Positions 9,553-20,983 of a stretch of DNA of 64,000 nt are shown here, piece by piece. The notes under the pieces were generated by a model. The model made no database searches, was not told the origin of the DNA, and saw only the letters and a list, made by a program, of their open reading frames with translations. Source of the DNA: Alphaproteobacteria bacterium MarineAlpha5_Bin9 (GTDB taxonomy: Bacteria; Pseudomonadota; Alphaproteobacteria; HIMB59; GCA-002718135); NCBI GenBank assembly GCA_002937895.1, contig PTKV01000001.1, positions 4,057 to 68,056 of the forward strand. Reading direction: 5' to 3'. The position numbers were made by a program, and so were the translations under genes. Each line of letters opens with the position of its first letter. Position 1 is the first letter of the stretch.

Positions 9553-10032
9553 ATGATAGCAATATTTAAAACTGGTGGAAAACAATATAGTGTCGAAGAA
9601 GGGCAAATATTGAAAGTTGAGAAAATTGAAGGCAAAAAAGGTGATAGCTTAAAATTTGATCAAATATTAGCAATTAGTGAAAAAAATTCAAATAACATAG
9701 GCACACCAAATGTTGAAGGTGCTTATATTCAAGCACAAATCATAGATCAAATTAGGGATAAAAAAATAATTGTATTTAAGAAAAGAAGAAGACAAAATTA
9801 TAGACATACCCAAGGTCATAGACAATATCTAACAGTATTAAAAATTGAAACAATATCAGATGGTTCTAAGAAATTAGCTAAGAAAAAAACTACTGAATCT
9901 TCAAAATCTCTTACATCTGATAAAAAAATTCAAAAGAAAGAGGTTTTGCTAAAAGATAATTCAAAAACTAATAAAGCTAAGAAAAAAATAGTAAAAAAAA
10001 AAGTAGCAAATAAAAATAAAAAGGATAAATAG
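9553..10032 (+). CDS. rplU: 50S ribosomal protein L21 with a Lys-rich C-terminal extension
   Basis: N-terminal ~104 aa are canonical L21 (IFKTGGKQY...FKKRRRQNYRHTQGHRQ). These are followed by ~55 aa of K/S/T-rich tail. Confidence 0.93.
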   Translation: MIAIFKTGGKQYSVEEGQILKVEKIEGKKGDSLKFDQILAISEKNSNNIGTPNVEGAYIQAQIIDQIRDKKIIVFKKRRRQNYRHTQGHRQYLTVLKIETISDGSKKLAKKKTTESSKSLTSDKKIQKKEVLLKDNSKTNKAKKKIVKKKVANKNKKDK

Positions 10033-10038
10033 TTAATC

Positions 10039-10290
10039 ATGGCAACAAAAAAAGCAGGTGGTAGCTCAAGAAATGGGAGAGACTCGGCTGGAAGAAGGTT
10101 GGGAGTAAAAAAATATGGTGGAGAAGCTGTTTTAGCTGGTAATATTATTGTTCGCCAAAGAGGTACTAAGTTTTATCCGGGAAATAATGTTGGGATAGGA
10201 AAAGATCACACATTATTTGCTATAACCAAAGGTAAAGTTAACTTTAAAAAAACTCGAAAAAAAACCTTTGTTTCAGTTACGCCATCCTAA
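10039..10290 (+). CDS. rpmA: 50S ribosomal protein L27
   Basis: 83 aa. [28 protein letters not shown]...[17 protein letters not shown] is canonical L27. Confidence 0.95.
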   Translation: MATKKAGGSSRNGRDSAGRRLGVKKYGGEAVLAGNIIVRQRGTKFYPGNNVGIGKDHTLFAITKGKVNFKKTRKKTFVSVTPS

Positions 10291-10315
10291 AAAAATAATT
10301 ATTTTAGAATTAACA

Positions 10316-11284
10316 ATGAAATTCCTAGATGAGGCAAAAATATATATTAAACCTGGTAACGGAGGAAAAGGTTGTTTAAGTTTTAGAAAGGAAAAATATA
10401 TAGAATTTGGAGGTCCTGATGGAGGAAATGGTGGTAAGGGAGGAGATATAATCATCAAAGTTGAGAAAAATTTAAATACTTTAATTGATTATAGATATAA
10501 ACAACATTTCAAAGCAAAAAATGGGCAAAACGGCAAAGGTAAAAATAAAACTGGGGCTAGTGGAAAAAATTTAATTATAAAAGTTCCTCCTGGAACTCAA
10601 ATATTAAATCAAGATAAAAGTGTTATAATTTGTGATCTTATAAATAATGAAGGAGAACTCAAAATAGCTGAAGGTGGAAAAGGTGGATATGGTAATTCAA
10701 ATTTTAAATCTTCAACTAATAGAGCGCCTAGAAAAACAACTAAAGGTGAAGAAGTAGAAGCTCAATGGGTTTGGTTATCACTTAAATTATTAGCTGATAT
10801 AGGAATTATAGGCATGCCTAATGCAGGAAAATCTACTTTACTCTCTTTGATTTCTTCAGCTAAACCTAAAATTGCTGACTATCCGTTTACTACACTTCAT
10901 CCAATACTTGGAGTCGTAAAAAAAGATCATAAAGAAATTGTAGTAGCAGATATACCAGGATTAATAGAGGGTGCACATGAAGGCAAAGGTATAGGAGATA
11001 GATTTCTTGCACATATAGAAAGGTGCAAATCATTACTTCATATTGTAGATTGTTCAAATGATAACTTTTTAGATAATTATATTAAAGTAAGAAATGAACT
11101 TAAGAAATACGGTAGTAATTTAAATAAAAAAAATGAAATAATTGCTATAAGCAAAATTGATCTTTTAAACAAAAATTACGATGAATTAATAAAATTAACT
11201 TCTGAAAAAACTGGAAAAAAACCAATATTGTTTTCCTGTTTTAGTGGTTATGGAATTTCTGAATTAAAAAAAAATCTTTTCTAA
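10316..11284 (+). CDS. obg: GTPase Obg/CgtA
   Basis: MKFLDEAKIYIKPGNGGKGCLSFRKEKY plus Gly-rich Obg fold, then G1 GMPNAGKST and G3 DIPGLIEGA. The track ORF begins at 10268 (inside the rpmA end); ATG 10316 matches the conserved Obg N-terminus. Confidence 0.93.
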   Translation: MKFLDEAKIYIKPGNGGKGCLSFRKEKYIEFGGPDGGNGGKGGDIIIKVEKNLNTLIDYRYKQHFKAKNGQNGKGKNKTGASGKNLIIKVPPGTQILNQDKSVIICDLINNEGELKIAEGGKGGYGNSNFKSSTNRAPRKTTKGEEVEAQWVWLSLKLLADIGIIGMPNAGKSTLLSLISSAKPKIADYPFTTLHPILGVVKKDHKEIVVADIPGLIEGAHEGKGIGDRFLAHIERCKSLLHIVDCSNDNFLDNYIKVRNELKKYGSNLNKKNEIIAISKIDLLNKNYDELIKLTSEKTGKKPILFSCFSGYGISELKKNLF

Positions 11285-11332
11285 TTTAAGAAAACAATAT
11301 ATCTAATCTGACTAAAAAAGAGAGTAAAACAC

Positions 11333-11911
11333 TTGATTCATATTGGATTACTTGGGGGTTCTTTTGACCCTCCTCATAGAGGTCATTTATATATTTCTTT
11401 AGAGGCAAAAAAAATACTGAAACTCAATGAGCTTTGGTGGATTGTTTCACCTAAGAATCCCCTAAAAAAATTTAAACCCGTAAGCTATGAAGATAGGTTA
11501 GAAGATTGTTATAAAATTGTTAAAAATTATCCAATTAAGATAAAGGAAGTTGAAAAAAAAATTAATTCGAAATATACTTTTGAAACAGTAAAATATTTGA
11601 AAAGTCATTATCCTAATATTAAATTTTATTGGTTAATGGGAGCAGATAATTTGATTAACTTTCATAAATGGCAAGAATGGAGAAATATTTTTTTTGAAAT
11701 TTCTATTGTTATTTTTCGTAGACATAGATATAACAGTCTCGCATTGAATAGTTTAGCTAAAAAGACATTTTCTAATTATCAAATAAATTCAAATGATTTG
11801 CATCAACTAGATTTTAATAATCTGCCTTCTTGGACTTTTATCAAGAATAAAGAAATAAGAATTTCTTCAACTGAAATTAGGGCACAAAGAAAAATTTTAA
11901 GGGGGCTATAA
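11333..11911 (+). CDS. nadD: nicotinate-nucleotide adenylyltransferase
   Basis: 192 aa. GLLGGSFDPPHRGH (HxGH nucleotidyltransferase motif) and ISSTEIR near the C-terminus. TTG start. Confidence 0.88.
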   Translation: MIHIGLLGGSFDPPHRGHLYISLEAKKILKLNELWWIVSPKNPLKKFKPVSYEDRLEDCYKIVKNYPIKIKEVEKKINSKYTFETVKYLKSHYPNIKFYWLMGADNLINFHKWQEWRNIFFEISIVIFRRHRYNSLALNSLAKKTFSNYQINSNDLHQLDFNNLPSWTFIKNKEIRISSTEIRAQRKILRGL

Positions 11912-12267
11912 TTTCTTTAAATAATAAAAATTTATCTTTAAAAATAATAAAAATTTTAGAGGATAATAAAGCAGAAGAGATAGAAATCATAAATATAGCC
12001 GGCAGATCTTCTATTGCAGAAAAATTTATTATCGCCTCATGTAGATCTAGTCGTCACAATGCTGCTACAGCCAATCTTTTAACTCAAAAACTAAAAGATA
12101 TAGGTATAAAATGTCCGCCTCCTGAAGGCAAAATAGTTTCTGATTGGATAATAGTTGATACAGGGTCAATAATTGTCCATTTATTTAGGCCAGAAATCAG
12201 AGAAAAATATAAACTTGAAAAATTGTGGGATATTGGGTTTGATTTAATTGAAAACCAATCAGCTTAA
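11911..12267 (+). CDS. rsfS: ribosomal silencing factor RsfS (iojap-like); no canonical start codon
   Basis: Absent from the ORF track. The frame is open from 11881 to TAA 12265-67. My translation is ISLNNKNLSLKIIKILEDNKAEEIEIINIAGRSSIAEKFIIASCRSSRHNAATANLLTQKLKDIGIKCPPPEGKIVSDWIIVDTGSIIVHLFRPEIREKYKLEKLWD. This matches the RsfS pattern (D/EyfvI.sg.S.R...A, EG....W.l.D.g.vvvH.F....R..Y.LE.LW). It has the canonical post-nadD position. The first plausible initiator is ATT 11911, which overlaps the nadD TAA. Confidence 0.8.
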   Translation: MSLNNKNLSLKIIKILEDNKAEEIEIINIAGRSSIAEKFIIASCRSSRHNAATANLLTQKLKDIGIKCPPPEGKIVSDWIIVDTGSIIVHLFRPEIREKYKLEKLWDIGFDLIENQSA

Positions 12268-12282
12268 TAATATATTGAAAAA

Positions 12283-13557
12283 ATGAAAAAAATTTTATTT
12301 TTGCTCTTTACTATCGCAATAATTTTAAAATCAAATTTAGCAGTCAATGCCAAGGAAAAAGAAATAGACACTTATGAACTTCTTGACTTGTTTGGACAAA
12401 TTTTTGATAGAGTAAGAGAAACTTATGTTGAAGAAGTAACTGATCAAGAGTTGATAGAAAAAGCGATTGATGGCATGCTCACAGGGTTAGATCCTCATTC
12501 AGGGTATTTAGATGCAGAAACTTGGGAAGAAATGCAAGAGGAGACTAAAGGAAAGTTTGGAGGTTTGGGAATTGAAATTACAATGGAAGAAGGTTTTGTT
12601 AAAGTCGTTTCTCCTATAGAAGATACTCCAGCATATAATGCAGGAATTATAGCAGGGGATTTTATCGTTCAAATTGATGATGTGCCTGTTTTAGGAATGA
12701 CAATAAATGAAGCAGTAGAATTAATGAGAGGTAATATTGGAACATCAGTAAAATTAACTATTGCAAGAGAAGGTATAGATACTTTTGATGTTGATATTAC
12801 TAGAGCAATAATAAAAGTACAATCAGTAAAATCAGATGTGTTTAATAATGTAGGTTATATTAGAATTACCTCTTTTACAGAACAAACTTTTTCTGGTGTT
12901 AGGAGAGCTATTAATAAAATTGAAGATAAACTTGATAATAATGCTATAGGATATGTCTTAGATGTACGTTCAAATCCGGGCGGATTATTAAGTCAAGCAG
13001 TTAAAGTGACAGATGTTTTTTTAGAGAAAGGAGAAATTGTTTCTACTAGAGGAAGAGAAAAAAATGATATAACAAGATATAGAGCAAAAAAAGGAGATTT
13101 AATAAACAAAAAGCCTTTAGTAGTAATTATTAATGGAGGTTCAGCATCGGCTTCAGAAATTGTTGCAGGAGCTTTACAAGATCATAAAAGAGCAATAATT
13201 ATAGGCACTAAAACTTTTGGCAAAGGATCTGTCCAGACCATTATTCCTTTTAAAAATCCAGTTGAATCTGGAATTAGATTAACTACTGCTAGATATTATA
13301 CTCCCTCAGGCATTTCAATCCAAGGTAAGGGAATTGAACCAGATATAATTATTAAACAAGGAAAGTTTGAATCAAATAATTATAGAATATTATCTGAATC
13401 AGATTTAAAAAATTCTTTAGATAAAAATCAAGAACAGCTAGAAGACAGTGAAGAACTATCGCCCCAAGAAGAAAGGTTGTTAAATGATTTTCAATTAGCA
13501 AGAGCCATAAACCTTATTAAAGGATTAAGTATTTATGGAGAATCTTTGATTGAATAA
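12283..13557 (+). CDS. ctpA: carboxy-terminal processing protease (S41 family)
   Basis: 424 aa. Signal peptide, PDZ region (GGLGIEI...PAYNAGIIAGD), and S41 catalytic region LDVRSNPGG / GGSASASEIVAGALQD / TFGKGSVQ. Confidence 0.9.
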   Translation: MKKILFLLFTIAIILKSNLAVNAKEKEIDTYELLDLFGQIFDRVRETYVEEVTDQELIEKAIDGMLTGLDPHSGYLDAETWEEMQEETKGKFGGLGIEITMEEGFVKVVSPIEDTPAYNAGIIAGDFIVQIDDVPVLGMTINEAVELMRGNIGTSVKLTIAREGIDTFDVDITRAIIKVQSVKSDVFNNVGYIRITSFTEQTFSGVRRAINKIEDKLDNNAIGYVLDVRSNPGGLLSQAVKVTDVFLEKGEIVSTRGREKNDITRYRAKKGDLINKKPLVVIINGGSASASEIVAGALQDHKRAIIIGTKTFGKGSVQTIIPFKNPVESGIRLTTARYYTPSGISIQGKGIEPDIIIKQGKFESNNYRILSESDLKNSLDKNQEQLEDSEELSPQEERLLNDFQLARAINLIKGLSIYGESLIE

Positions 13558-14015
13558 TGAGTGAACTTAGAAAATGTGTTGGCATAATGCTAATTAATAG
13601 CAAAAAACAAATATTTGTCGGTAAAAGAATTGATCACCCTTCTGGATTTTGGCAAATGCCACAAGGCGGTATAGATAACACGGAAAATGCAGAACAAGCA
13701 GTATGGAGAGAAATGATGGAAGAAATAGGAACAAATAAAGCCTCTATAATAAAAATTTCTAAAAAATGGATAAATTATAAAATTCCAAAAGAAACTCTTA
13801 AAACTCTACCTTGGGGTAAAAAATATATAGGCCAAACACAAAAATGGTTTGCATTTAATTTTGATGGTGAAGAGAAAGATATAAATATAAAAACTAAAAA
13901 TCCTGAATTTAGTGATTGGAAGTGGTCAGATTACAAAGATATAATTGACGAAATTGTTCCTTTTAAAAAGAAAACTTATTCTATCGTTATAGAGGAATTT
14001 AGAGATTTATTTTAA
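13557..14015 (+). CDS. rppH: RNA pyrophosphohydrolase (Nudix)
   Basis: 152 aa. WQMPQGGIDNTENAEQAVWREMMEEIG is a Nudix box within the RppH-type context. Confidence 0.85.
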   Translation: MSELRKCVGIMLINSKKQIFVGKRIDHPSGFWQMPQGGIDNTENAEQAVWREMMEEIGTNKASIIKISKKWINYKIPKETLKTLPWGKKYIGQTQKWFAFNFDGEEKDINIKTKNPEFSDWKWSDYKDIIDEIVPFKKKTYSIVIEEFRDLF

Positions 14016-14413
14016 ATTTTAAGATAATATTCTGCATCAATAGCTTTTATCATTAAATTAATCTTATTATGTTCTTCTAATTTCTTTTCGCTTTTATCTT
14101 TTTCAATATTATCTAATTGTTTTTTTAGATTATCTTTATTCAAATCACTAATAACAAAAACTTCTTCACCTAAAACTATACATTTATTGGGATTAATTTC
14201 TACAAATCCACCAGAAACAAAAAAGGATTTTAAGAGATTTTTATCTTTACCATATACTAAGACACGTCCTGGACGAAGAGAGGATATTACCTTGCTGTGT
14301 CCTGGAAGCACTCCTATATCTCCATCTTCTCCTGGTACAATAATTAAACCAACCTCGTCAGAAAATATTAATGTTTCTGGAGATACTAAATCAAATGCGA
14401 TAAAATTTTCCAT
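14012..14413 (-). CDS. atpC: F0F1 ATP synthase subunit epsilon
   Basis: 133 aa. LVSPE...GDIGVLPGH pattern, in the last position of the atpHAGDC operon. Confidence 0.92.
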   Translation of the reverse strand: MENFIAFDLVSPETLIFSDEVGLIIVPGEDGDIGVLPGHSKVISSLRPGRVLVYGKDKNLLKSFFVSGGFVEINPNKCIVLGEEVFVISDLNKDNLKKQLDNIEKDKSEKKLEEHNKINLMIKAIDAEYYLKI

Positions 14414-15850
<1,437 letters not shown>

Positions 15851-16741
15851 TTAAACTGATTCAGCCCCAGAAATAATTTCTATTAATTCTTTTGTAATAA
15901 ATGCTTGTCGTGTTCGATTATACTTTAGAGTTAAATTATCAATCATTTCACCAGCATTTCTTGTCGCATTATCCATAGCAGCCATACGAGCACCTTGTTC
16001 ACCTGCATTACTTTCTAATAAAATCTTAAAAATTTGAATAGAGACATTCTTGGGGAGTAAATTTTTTAGAATACTTTCTTCATCAGGTTCATAAGTATAA
16101 ATAGAAATATCTTTACTCTCTTGACTTAAATCTTTTTTATTTTCTTTAAATTCTAAAGGTATAATTTGTTGATGAGCAACTTCTTGAGTAATAGCAGATA
16201 TAAACTTGTTATAGATTAAAATACAAACATCAAACTTGTTTTCAAAAAATAAATTTTGAATCTTATCTGAAATTTTTAATGCAATATCATAATTCACTCC
16301 TTTTGAGCCTAAATCAAAAAAAGATTCTTCAATTTTATCTTTCATAATTCTATTAAAAAAATCTCTACTTTTTTTTCCAATTGTAATAAGTTTTACACTT
16401 TTTCCATCTTTTTCGAGTTGCCTAATATATTTTGCTGTATCTCTATTAATACTACTGTTAAAGCCTCCACATAATCCCCTATCTGCAGTAACAGGAATGA
16501 TTAAATAATTTTCTTTTTTTCCGGATCCTGTCAAAAGCTTAATAACTCCTTCACCAGATAAACTTGATTTTGAGAGAGAAAAAAGCATTTCTTCTAACCT
16601 AGAAGAATAAGGCCTTGAAGCTTCAGCTTTTTCTTGAGAACGTCTCAGTTTACTTGCTGCTACCATTTTCATAGCAGATGTTATTTTTTTTGTCGATCCA
16701 ACTGAATTAATTTGAATTTTAAGATCTTTTAAACTTGGCAT
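15851..16741 (-). CDS. atpG: F0F1 ATP synthase subunit gamma
   Basis: 296 aa. MPSLKDLK...KITSAMKMVAASKLR N-terminus and ITKELIEIISGAE C-terminus. Confidence 0.96.
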   Translation of the reverse strand: MPSLKDLKIQINSVGSTKKITSAMKMVAASKLRRSQEKAEASRPYSSRLEEMLFSLSKSSLSGEGVIKLLTGSGKKENYLIIPVTADRGLCGGFNSSINRDTAKYIRQLEKDGKSVKLITIGKKSRDFFNRIMKDKIEESFFDLGSKGVNYDIALKISDKIQNLFFENKFDVCILIYNKFISAITQEVAHQQIIPLEFKENKKDLSQESKDISIYTYEPDEESILKNLLPKNVSIQIFKILLESNAGEQGARMAAMDNATRNAGEMIDNLTLKYNRTRQAFITKELIEIISGAESV

Positions 16742-16742
16742 A

Positions 16743-18275
16743 TTATTTCTTAAAATTATTTAAAAAATTATCAAAAAAAGACTTTAGAATTTCTGAATTT
16801 TCTTTTGTTAGTTCTTTTTCTGTCTCAATAGAATCTAAAAGATCTTGGTGTTTTGATCTTATTTCTATTAAGGATTCTTTTTCAAATTCACCTACTTCAT
16901 TTATAGGAATATCGTCGAGATAGCCATTAACTCCACTATAAATTGATACAACTTGTTCTGGAACAGTTAGTGGAGAATATTGTCCCTGCTTTAGTAGTTC
17001 TGTAAGTCTAGCTCCCCTATCAAGTAACTTTCTTGTTGAAGCATCTAAATCTGATGCAAACTGAGCAAATGCTGCCATTTCTCTATATTGAGCAAGTTCT
17101 AATTTTATTGAACCAGCAATTTTTTTCATAGCTTTAGTTTGAGCCGCAGAACCTACACGACTAACAGACAATCCAACATTAATTGCAGGTCTTATTCCTG
17201 CAAAAAATAAATTGGTTTCAAGAAAAATTTGACCATCAGTTATTGATATAACGTTAGTTGGGATATATGCAGACAAATCTCCAGCTTGAGTTTCAATAAT
17301 TGGAAGAGCTGTTAAACTGCCACCCCCATGTTCTTCACTCATTTTTGCTGCCCTTTCTAACAATCTGCTATGAATATAAAATACATCTCCCGGATAAGCT
17401 TCTCTTCCTGGAGGACGTCTGAGCAAAAGTGACATCTGTCTATAAGCTACTGCCTGTTTTGATAAATCATCATAAATGATAAGCGCATGCATTCCATTAT
17501 CTCTAAAATATTCTCCCATAGTACAGCCAGTATATGCAGACAAAAACTGCAATGGTGCTGGCTCAGAAGCAGTAGCACTAACAACAATCGTATATTCTAA
17601 AGCACCATTATCTTCTAAAGTTTTTACAATTTGAGCAACCGTGGATCTTTTTTGGCCAATAGCAACATAAATACAATAAAGTTTTTCTTTTTCATTATTT
17701 GATTTATTTACTTTTTTTTGATTTAAAATTGTATCCAATGCAACTGCAGTTTTTCCAGTTTGTCTATCTCCTATTATTAATTCTCGTTGTCCCCTGCCTA
17801 TGGGAACTAATGCATCTAAAGCTTTTATCCCCGTCTGCATTGGCTCTTTTACACTTTGTCGAGGAATAATTCCTGGAGCTTTTAATTCGATTCTTCTTTT
17901 ATTTTTTGAATTAATAGCACCTTTGCCATCTATAGGATTTCCAAGTCCATCAACTACTCTTCCTAAAAGTTCTTTTCCAACAGGCACATCAACAATCTCA
18001 CCTGTTCTTTTAACTGTATCGCCTTCTTTAATACCAGTATCATCACCAAAAATACTTACTCCCACATTGTCCATTTCTAGATTTAATGCCATTCCTTTTA
18101 CACCACCTGGAAATTCAACCATTTCTCCTGCTTGCACCTGATCTAATCCATATACTCTAGCAATACCATCTCCAATGCTCAAAACCGTACCAACTTCAGC
18201 TACATCTGCCTTTGAATCAAAATTAGATATTTGATCTTTTATAACTGAAGAAATCTCTGCTGCTTTAATTTCCAT
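16743..18275 (-). CDS. atpA: F0F1 ATP synthase subunit alpha
   Basis: 510 aa. Walker [42 protein letters not shown]. Confidence 0.98.
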   Translation of the reverse strand: MEIKAAEISSVIKDQISNFDSKADVAEVGTVLSIGDGIARVYGLDQVQAGEMVEFPGGVKGMALNLEMDNVGVSIFGDDTGIKEGDTVKRTGEIVDVPVGKELLGRVVDGLGNPIDGKGAINSKNKRRIELKAPGIIPRQSVKEPMQTGIKALDALVPIGRGQRELIIGDRQTGKTAVALDTILNQKKVNKSNNEKEKLYCIYVAIGQKRSTVAQIVKTLEDNGALEYTIVVSATASEPAPLQFLSAYTGCTMGEYFRDNGMHALIIYDDLSKQAVAYRQMSLLLRRPPGREAYPGDVFYIHSRLLERAAKMSEEHGGGSLTALPIIETQAGDLSAYIPTNVISITDGQIFLETNLFFAGIRPAINVGLSVSRVGSAAQTKAMKKIAGSIKLELAQYREMAAFAQFASDLDASTRKLLDRGARLTELLKQGQYSPLTVPEQVVSIYSGVNGYLDDIPINEVGEFEKESLIEIRSKHQDLLDSIETEKELTKENSEILKSFFDNFLNNFKK

Positions 18276-18832
18276 TAATTCCCCCTCATAGCAATTTCCA
18301 AATTATTTATCTTTGATGAAATTGAAGTGTCAATCATCTTTGAACCAACTTTAATTATTAATCCTCCAATAATATTTTTATCAGTATTAAAGTTTAAAGA
18401 TAATTTATCTCCAAATAATTTCTTTAACTTATTATTAATTTCATCTTTTTGATTGTTATTCAATACATCCGCTGATGTTATATTAGCTAATACATCACCT
18501 CTTTTTTGAGAATTTATCTTATTAAACTCTAAAATTATTAGATTAAGAATATTGATCCTTTTATTTGTAGATAATAATTTAATAAATTTAAGAGTAAGAT
18601 TATGAATTGAATTTTTTGATGTAATTTTTTCTAATATTATTAACTTATCAGATGAGTTAATAAGTGGACTCTTAATCAATAATTTAAAATCTTTATTGTT
18701 TTCAAATACTGTATTTATAAATTCCAGATTCTTTAATACTTCTTCTATACACTTAGAATCACTGGCTAAATCGTATAAAGCCGAAGCATATCTATTAGCT
18801 ATTAAATTTACTGATGTATTTTTAGAAGACAC
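18275..18832 (-). CDS. atpH: F0F1 ATP synthase subunit delta (OSCP)
   Basis: 185 aa. N-terminal [13 protein letters not shown], in the first position of the F1 operon. Confidence 0.9.
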   Translation of the reverse strand: MSSKNTSVNLIANRYASALYDLASDSKCIEEVLKNLEFINTVFENNKDFKLLIKSPLINSSDKLIILEKITSKNSIHNLTLKFIKLLSTNKRINILNLIILEFNKINSQKRGDVLANITSADVLNNNQKDEINNKLKKLFGDKLSLNFNTDKNIIGGLIIKVGSKMIDTSISSKINNLEIAMRGN

Positions 18833-18950
18833 TTTAAAATTCCATAAAATTATTGAATGAAGCTATCTAACATATCATTTAATTAACGCAAACTTTGAGT
18901 TTATTAATAAAATCAGAAAAATGCAAAAAATATTTCATATTGTGAATAAC

Positions 18951-20921
18951 TTAACTAAAAGATTGTGGATCGACATCTATAGATACTTTTATATTAGTTT
19001 CTAAAGGGGTCAAGTCTATCATGTTTTTTACAAAATTGTTAAGAAGCTTTCTTTTTTTTGATTTAAAAAGAAATCTATACCTATATTTTCCCCTAAGCAG
19101 AAAAAATGGGGCTTCTACAGGCCCATACATTAAAACTTTGTCATCAATTTTTACATTTTTTGATAATTTGTAACAATATGATTGAACCTGATTTTTAGAT
19201 GAGCCAGAAACAATTATTGATGTTAGATATACATATGGAGGCAAACTAAATTTTTTTCTCTCTATAAGAGACTTATTTATAAAATCTTTTCTATCCCTTT
19301 TTTCAAATGCTTTTATAATAGGATGATCTTCAAAATACGATTGAACAATAACTTTGCCTGTCCTTCTTTCTCTTCCAGCTCTGCCACCTACTTGCTCTAA
19401 CAGATTATAAGTTTTTTCCATAGCTCGCATATCTGAACCCATAAAAGCTGAATCTGCATCAATTATTCCGACTAATGATAAATTAGAAAAATGATATCCT
19501 TTTGCCATTAATTGCGTAGCAATTAAAATATTAATATTATTTTTTTCAAAATCAAAAACTATTTTTTTTACTTTAGCGGGGGTGTTGGCAGTATCACTAG
19601 ACATAACTTTTATCGTGGCTTTAGGAAAATTAAATTTAACCTCTTCTTCTAACTTTTCAACACCAGGACCAATAAATTTTAAAAAATTATCTTTTCTACA
19701 AGAATGACAAATATTATTAAATTCTTTTATTAATCCGCAGTGATGACATACTAATCTTTTTTTATTTTTATGCATAACTAAAAAAGATGAACAATTTTCA
19801 CAATGATATTTATAACCACAGCCTCTGCACACAACTAAAGGTGAATAACCTCTTCTATTTAAAAATAATAACACTTGTTGTCTGTTATCAAGATTAGTTT
19901 TAACATTGTTAATTAAATTTTTAGAAAGAAATTTATTTTTATCTAAATTTTCTTTTTTCATGTCAATAATTTCAATTGCAGGTAAACTGAGACCAGAATA
20001 TTGAGATGGTAAAAAAACGTGAAAATATTTTTTTTTAAAAATATTATAGTGAGTTTCTAAAGAAGGCGTAGCAGAAGATAATATAATAGGTATTTTTTCT
20101 ATTTTACTTTTTACAATTGCCAAATCTCTAGCATTATACCTAATATTTTCTTCTTGCTTAAAAGAAGAGTCATGCTCTTCATCAACAATTATTAATCCCA
20201 AATTTTTAAATGGTAAAAAGAGACTAGATCTTGCTCCCAATATGATTCTTGAAGATCCTTTTAAGCAATTATGCCATATGTTTTTTTTCTTTGCTTCAGA
20301 AATTTTAGAATGCCATATTTCAGGAGTGAAGCCAAAACGATCTTTAAAACGGATTTCAAGCTGAGGAGTAAGAGATATCTCGGGAAGCATAATTAATATT
20401 TGGTTTTTCTTAACTAAAATTTTTTGAATTGCATTAAAATAGACCTCTGTTTTTCCAGAACCAGTAACGCCTTGTAAAACAATAGTTTGAAATTTTTTAT
20501 ATAAAAATTTATTTATTTGATTAAATACTTTTTGTTGTTCAAAATTAAATTTAATTTCTTTAAAATTATTTAAATTATTTATTTGATCTTTTGATTCATA
20601 ATCAATTATATTTTTATTAACTAAAAATAATTTTAAAACACTTCCTTTGGGTGATAATGTAAAATCTGATATCCAATTTACAAATTCTATTATTTTATGA
20701 TTAATAACAACATGGTTTATTATTGAATGAATGTATTTAATTTTAAAAACTTTATCATTTTTTGGCTTGTTTTCTAAAACAGAATATACGAGACCAACTT
20801 CTAATTTTTTAGCACCAAATGGAACTATCACAACACTTCCTGGTTTTACTTGTTGTCCTATCTTACTTTTATAAGTAAAAAGCTGATTAAAAGGCTTTGT
20901 TAATAGAATATTGCAATACAT
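18951..20921 (-). CDS. priA: primosomal protein N' (replication restart helicase)
   Basis: 656 aa. Walker A GVTGSGKTEVY, DEEHD box, and Cys-rich zinc-binding insertion (CRGCGYKYHCENCSSFLVMH...LVCHHCG...CHSC). Confidence 0.93.
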   Translation of the reverse strand: MYCNILLTKPFNQLFTYKSKIGQQVKPGSVVIVPFGAKKLEVGLVYSVLENKPKNDKVFKIKYIHSIINHVVINHKIIEFVNWISDFTLSPKGSVLKLFLVNKNIIDYESKDQINNLNNFKEIKFNFEQQKVFNQINKFLYKKFQTIVLQGVTGSGKTEVYFNAIQKILVKKNQILIMLPEISLTPQLEIRFKDRFGFTPEIWHSKISEAKKKNIWHNCLKGSSRIILGARSSLFLPFKNLGLIIVDEEHDSSFKQEENIRYNARDLAIVKSKIEKIPIILSSATPSLETHYNIFKKKYFHVFLPSQYSGLSLPAIEIIDMKKENLDKNKFLSKNLINNVKTNLDNRQQVLLFLNRRGYSPLVVCRGCGYKYHCENCSSFLVMHKNKKRLVCHHCGLIKEFNNICHSCRKDNFLKFIGPGVEKLEEEVKFNFPKATIKVMSSDTANTPAKVKKIVFDFEKNNINILIATQLMAKGYHFSNLSLVGIIDADSAFMGSDMRAMEKTYNLLEQVGGRAGRERRTGKVIVQSYFEDHPIIKAFEKRDRKDFINKSLIERKKFSLPPYVYLTSIIVSGSSKNQVQSYCYKLSKNVKIDDKVLMYGPVEAPFFLLRGKYRYRFLFKSKKRKLLNNFVKNMIDLTPLETNIKVSIDVDPQSFS

Positions 20922-20983
20922 TTTAAATTAATATTAACTTATATTATTATTTTAATTAATCCTTTTATGTTATACAGGAAACA

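Noticed and set aside
17800-18141. Antisense ORFs inside atpA, obg (10273-10458), tal (20965-21267), leuB (56005-56307) and other conserved genes
   Set aside because: Each lies opposite a confidently identified housekeeping gene and has a Pro/Ser/Gly-rich mirror composition. These are typical shadow ORFs.
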